Source: Acidimicrobiales bacterium
GTDB lineage: Bacteria > Actinomycetota > Acidimicrobiia > Acidimicrobiales > CADCSY01
DNA: 40,649 nucleotides
Reading direction: 5' to 3'
Assembly (NCBI GenBank): GCA_038255685.1
Contig: JBBSLC010000003.1
Span: forward strand, 1-40,649
Shown here: in pieces, positions 39,468-40,649 of the stretch
Layout of the letters: every line of letters begins with the position of its first letter
How positions within the stretch are numbered: position 1 is the first letter of the stretch
Position numbers and translations under genes: made by a program
Notes under the pieces: generated by a model
Database searches by the model: none
Told to the model about the DNA's origin: nothing
What the model saw: only the letters and a program-made list of their open reading frames with translations

Positions 39468-39516
39468 CCGCTGTTAGGTTGCGGCGCACACGCCGACGAC
39501 GGGGGAAGGGCTGTTC

Positions 39517-40422
39517 ATGGGAGCGCTCGACGGACGGGTCGCCATCATCACCGGCGCCGGCAGGGGCATCGGGCGCGAGCACGCCCTGCTCTTCGCAGCC
39601 GAGGGCGCTGCGGTGGTGGTCAACGACCGCGGGGGCGCCGCCGATGACGGTTCGGGCGGCGGTGACGGCGGGGGCGCCGCCGAGTCGGTGGTGGCCGAGA
39701 TCGAGGCGAGCGGCGGACGAGCCCTCGCCAACGACGACGACGTCGCCGACTGGCAGGGCGGTGAGCGCCTCGTGCACGCCGCCATCGAGGCGTTCGGCGA
39801 TCTCCACGTCCTCGTCAACAACGCCGGGATCCTCCGGGACCGGTCGCTCGTCAACATGACCGAGGCGGAGTGGGACGACGTCATCCGGGTGCACCTGAAG
39901 GGGCACTTCGTGCCGTCACACTTCGCTGCGCAGTGGTGGCGCGAACAGCACCGGGCAGGCAGCACCGCAGACCGCTCCATCATCAACACGTCGTCGACCT
40001 CGGGCCTGCTCGGCAACCCAGGGCAGACGAACTACGGCGCTGCGAAGGCGGGCATCGGCGCCTTCACCGTCATCGCTGCCCAGGAGCTGCGCGCGTACGG
40101 CGTGCGGGTGAACGCCATCGCGCCAGCGGCGAGGACCCGTCTCACCGAGGCCACGCCCGGTCTCGGCGACCTCGTCCAACCACCGCCGGAGCCGGGCGCA
40201 TTCGACGTGTGGGACCCGGCCAACGTGTCACCGCTGGTGGCCTACCTCGCCACCGCCGACGCAGCCGAGAGCGGCACGACGTTCTTCGTCCAGGGTGGCA
40301 CGGTCCGGCGGATGGAGCCGTGGCAGCTCGGGACCACCATCGAGCGGGACGGCCGTTGGAGCATCACCGAGCTGGCGGCGGAGATGCCCAAGCTCGAGCC
40401 CGACGCGCACGACCTGGACTGA
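39517..40422 (+). CDS. short-chain dehydrogenase/reductase (3-hydroxyacyl-CoA dehydrogenase/MFE2-like)
   Basis: TGAGRGIG, VVVND, NNAGILRD, NTSS, NYGAAK and VNAIAP. Confidence 0.93.
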   Translation: MGALDGRVAIITGAGRGIGREHALLFAAEGAAVVVNDRGGAADDGSGGGDGGGAAESVVAEIEASGGRALANDDDVADWQGGERLVHAAIEAFGDLHVLVNNAGILRDRSLVNMTEAEWDDVIRVHLKGHFVPSHFAAQWWREQHRAGSTADRSIINTSSTSGLLGNPGQTNYGAAKAGIGAFTVIAAQELRAYGVRVNAIAPAARTRLTEATPGLGDLVQPPPEPGAFDVWDPANVSPLVAYLATADAAESGTTFFVQGGTVRRMEPWQLGTTIERDGRWSITELAAEMPKLEPDAHDLD

Positions 40423-40497
40423 GCGCACCGGCGCCTCGCACCAGGAGCCGAGTGCCCTTTCCCAGCGGCGCACCGAGCAGTATCGTCCGGAGCGATC

Positions 40498-40649
40498 GTG
40501 GCGGCGATCGGGCCCTGCGGGGTGCTTGTCATCGGCCGCGATCCCCAGCCGCAGCCGGTGGCAGGTGCCCCGGAAGACCCGATCGTCCAGGGTGCGGGCG
40601 TCGCAGGAGCGGCGTTACCCTCGCACCGTGACGACGCCGGGCTCGCAGC
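40498..40649 (+). other. possible 5' end of a CDS running off the window
   Basis: TATCGT 40481-40486, GGAG, GTG 40498 and a frame open to the window end. No recognisable motif. Confidence 0.2.

Overview
High-GC, gene-dense actinobacterial chromosome segment. Gene content and synteny suggest Acidimicrobiia or a related lineage (inference). It holds about 38 CDSs and no rRNA, tRNA, CRISPR array or intact mobile element. Main blocks in order: (1) MFS transporter with an extra N-terminal domain, NfuA-like Fe-S carrier behind a SigH/SigR-type promoter, MeaB GTPase and enoyl-CoA hydratase; (2) NfeD-like protein plus flotillin; (3) alpha-glucan cluster with glgP divergent from glgE-treS-mak-glgB and an added GH57, next to a GalT-like nucleotidyltransferase; (4) a functionally unsolved seven-gene membrane/AAA+ system (Pro-rich membrane protein, DUF4129, DUF4350, MoxR, DUF58, SpoIIM-like, RDD) laid out like M. 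tuberculosis Rv3689-Rv3695, here split by a HAD phosphatase, a truncated vapC relic and a serine hydrolase, with a strikingly symmetric bidirectional promoter; (5) iscS-mnmA, DUF4395, a MetE-core-like protein and ligA; (6) two unknown genes, a four-PASTA Ser/Thr kinase and an SDR. Many genes appear to be leaderless (TANNNT 6-7 nt before the start codon). Several tiny ORFs overlap downstream start codons by ATGA/GTGA. All family calls come from motif recognition, not database searches.
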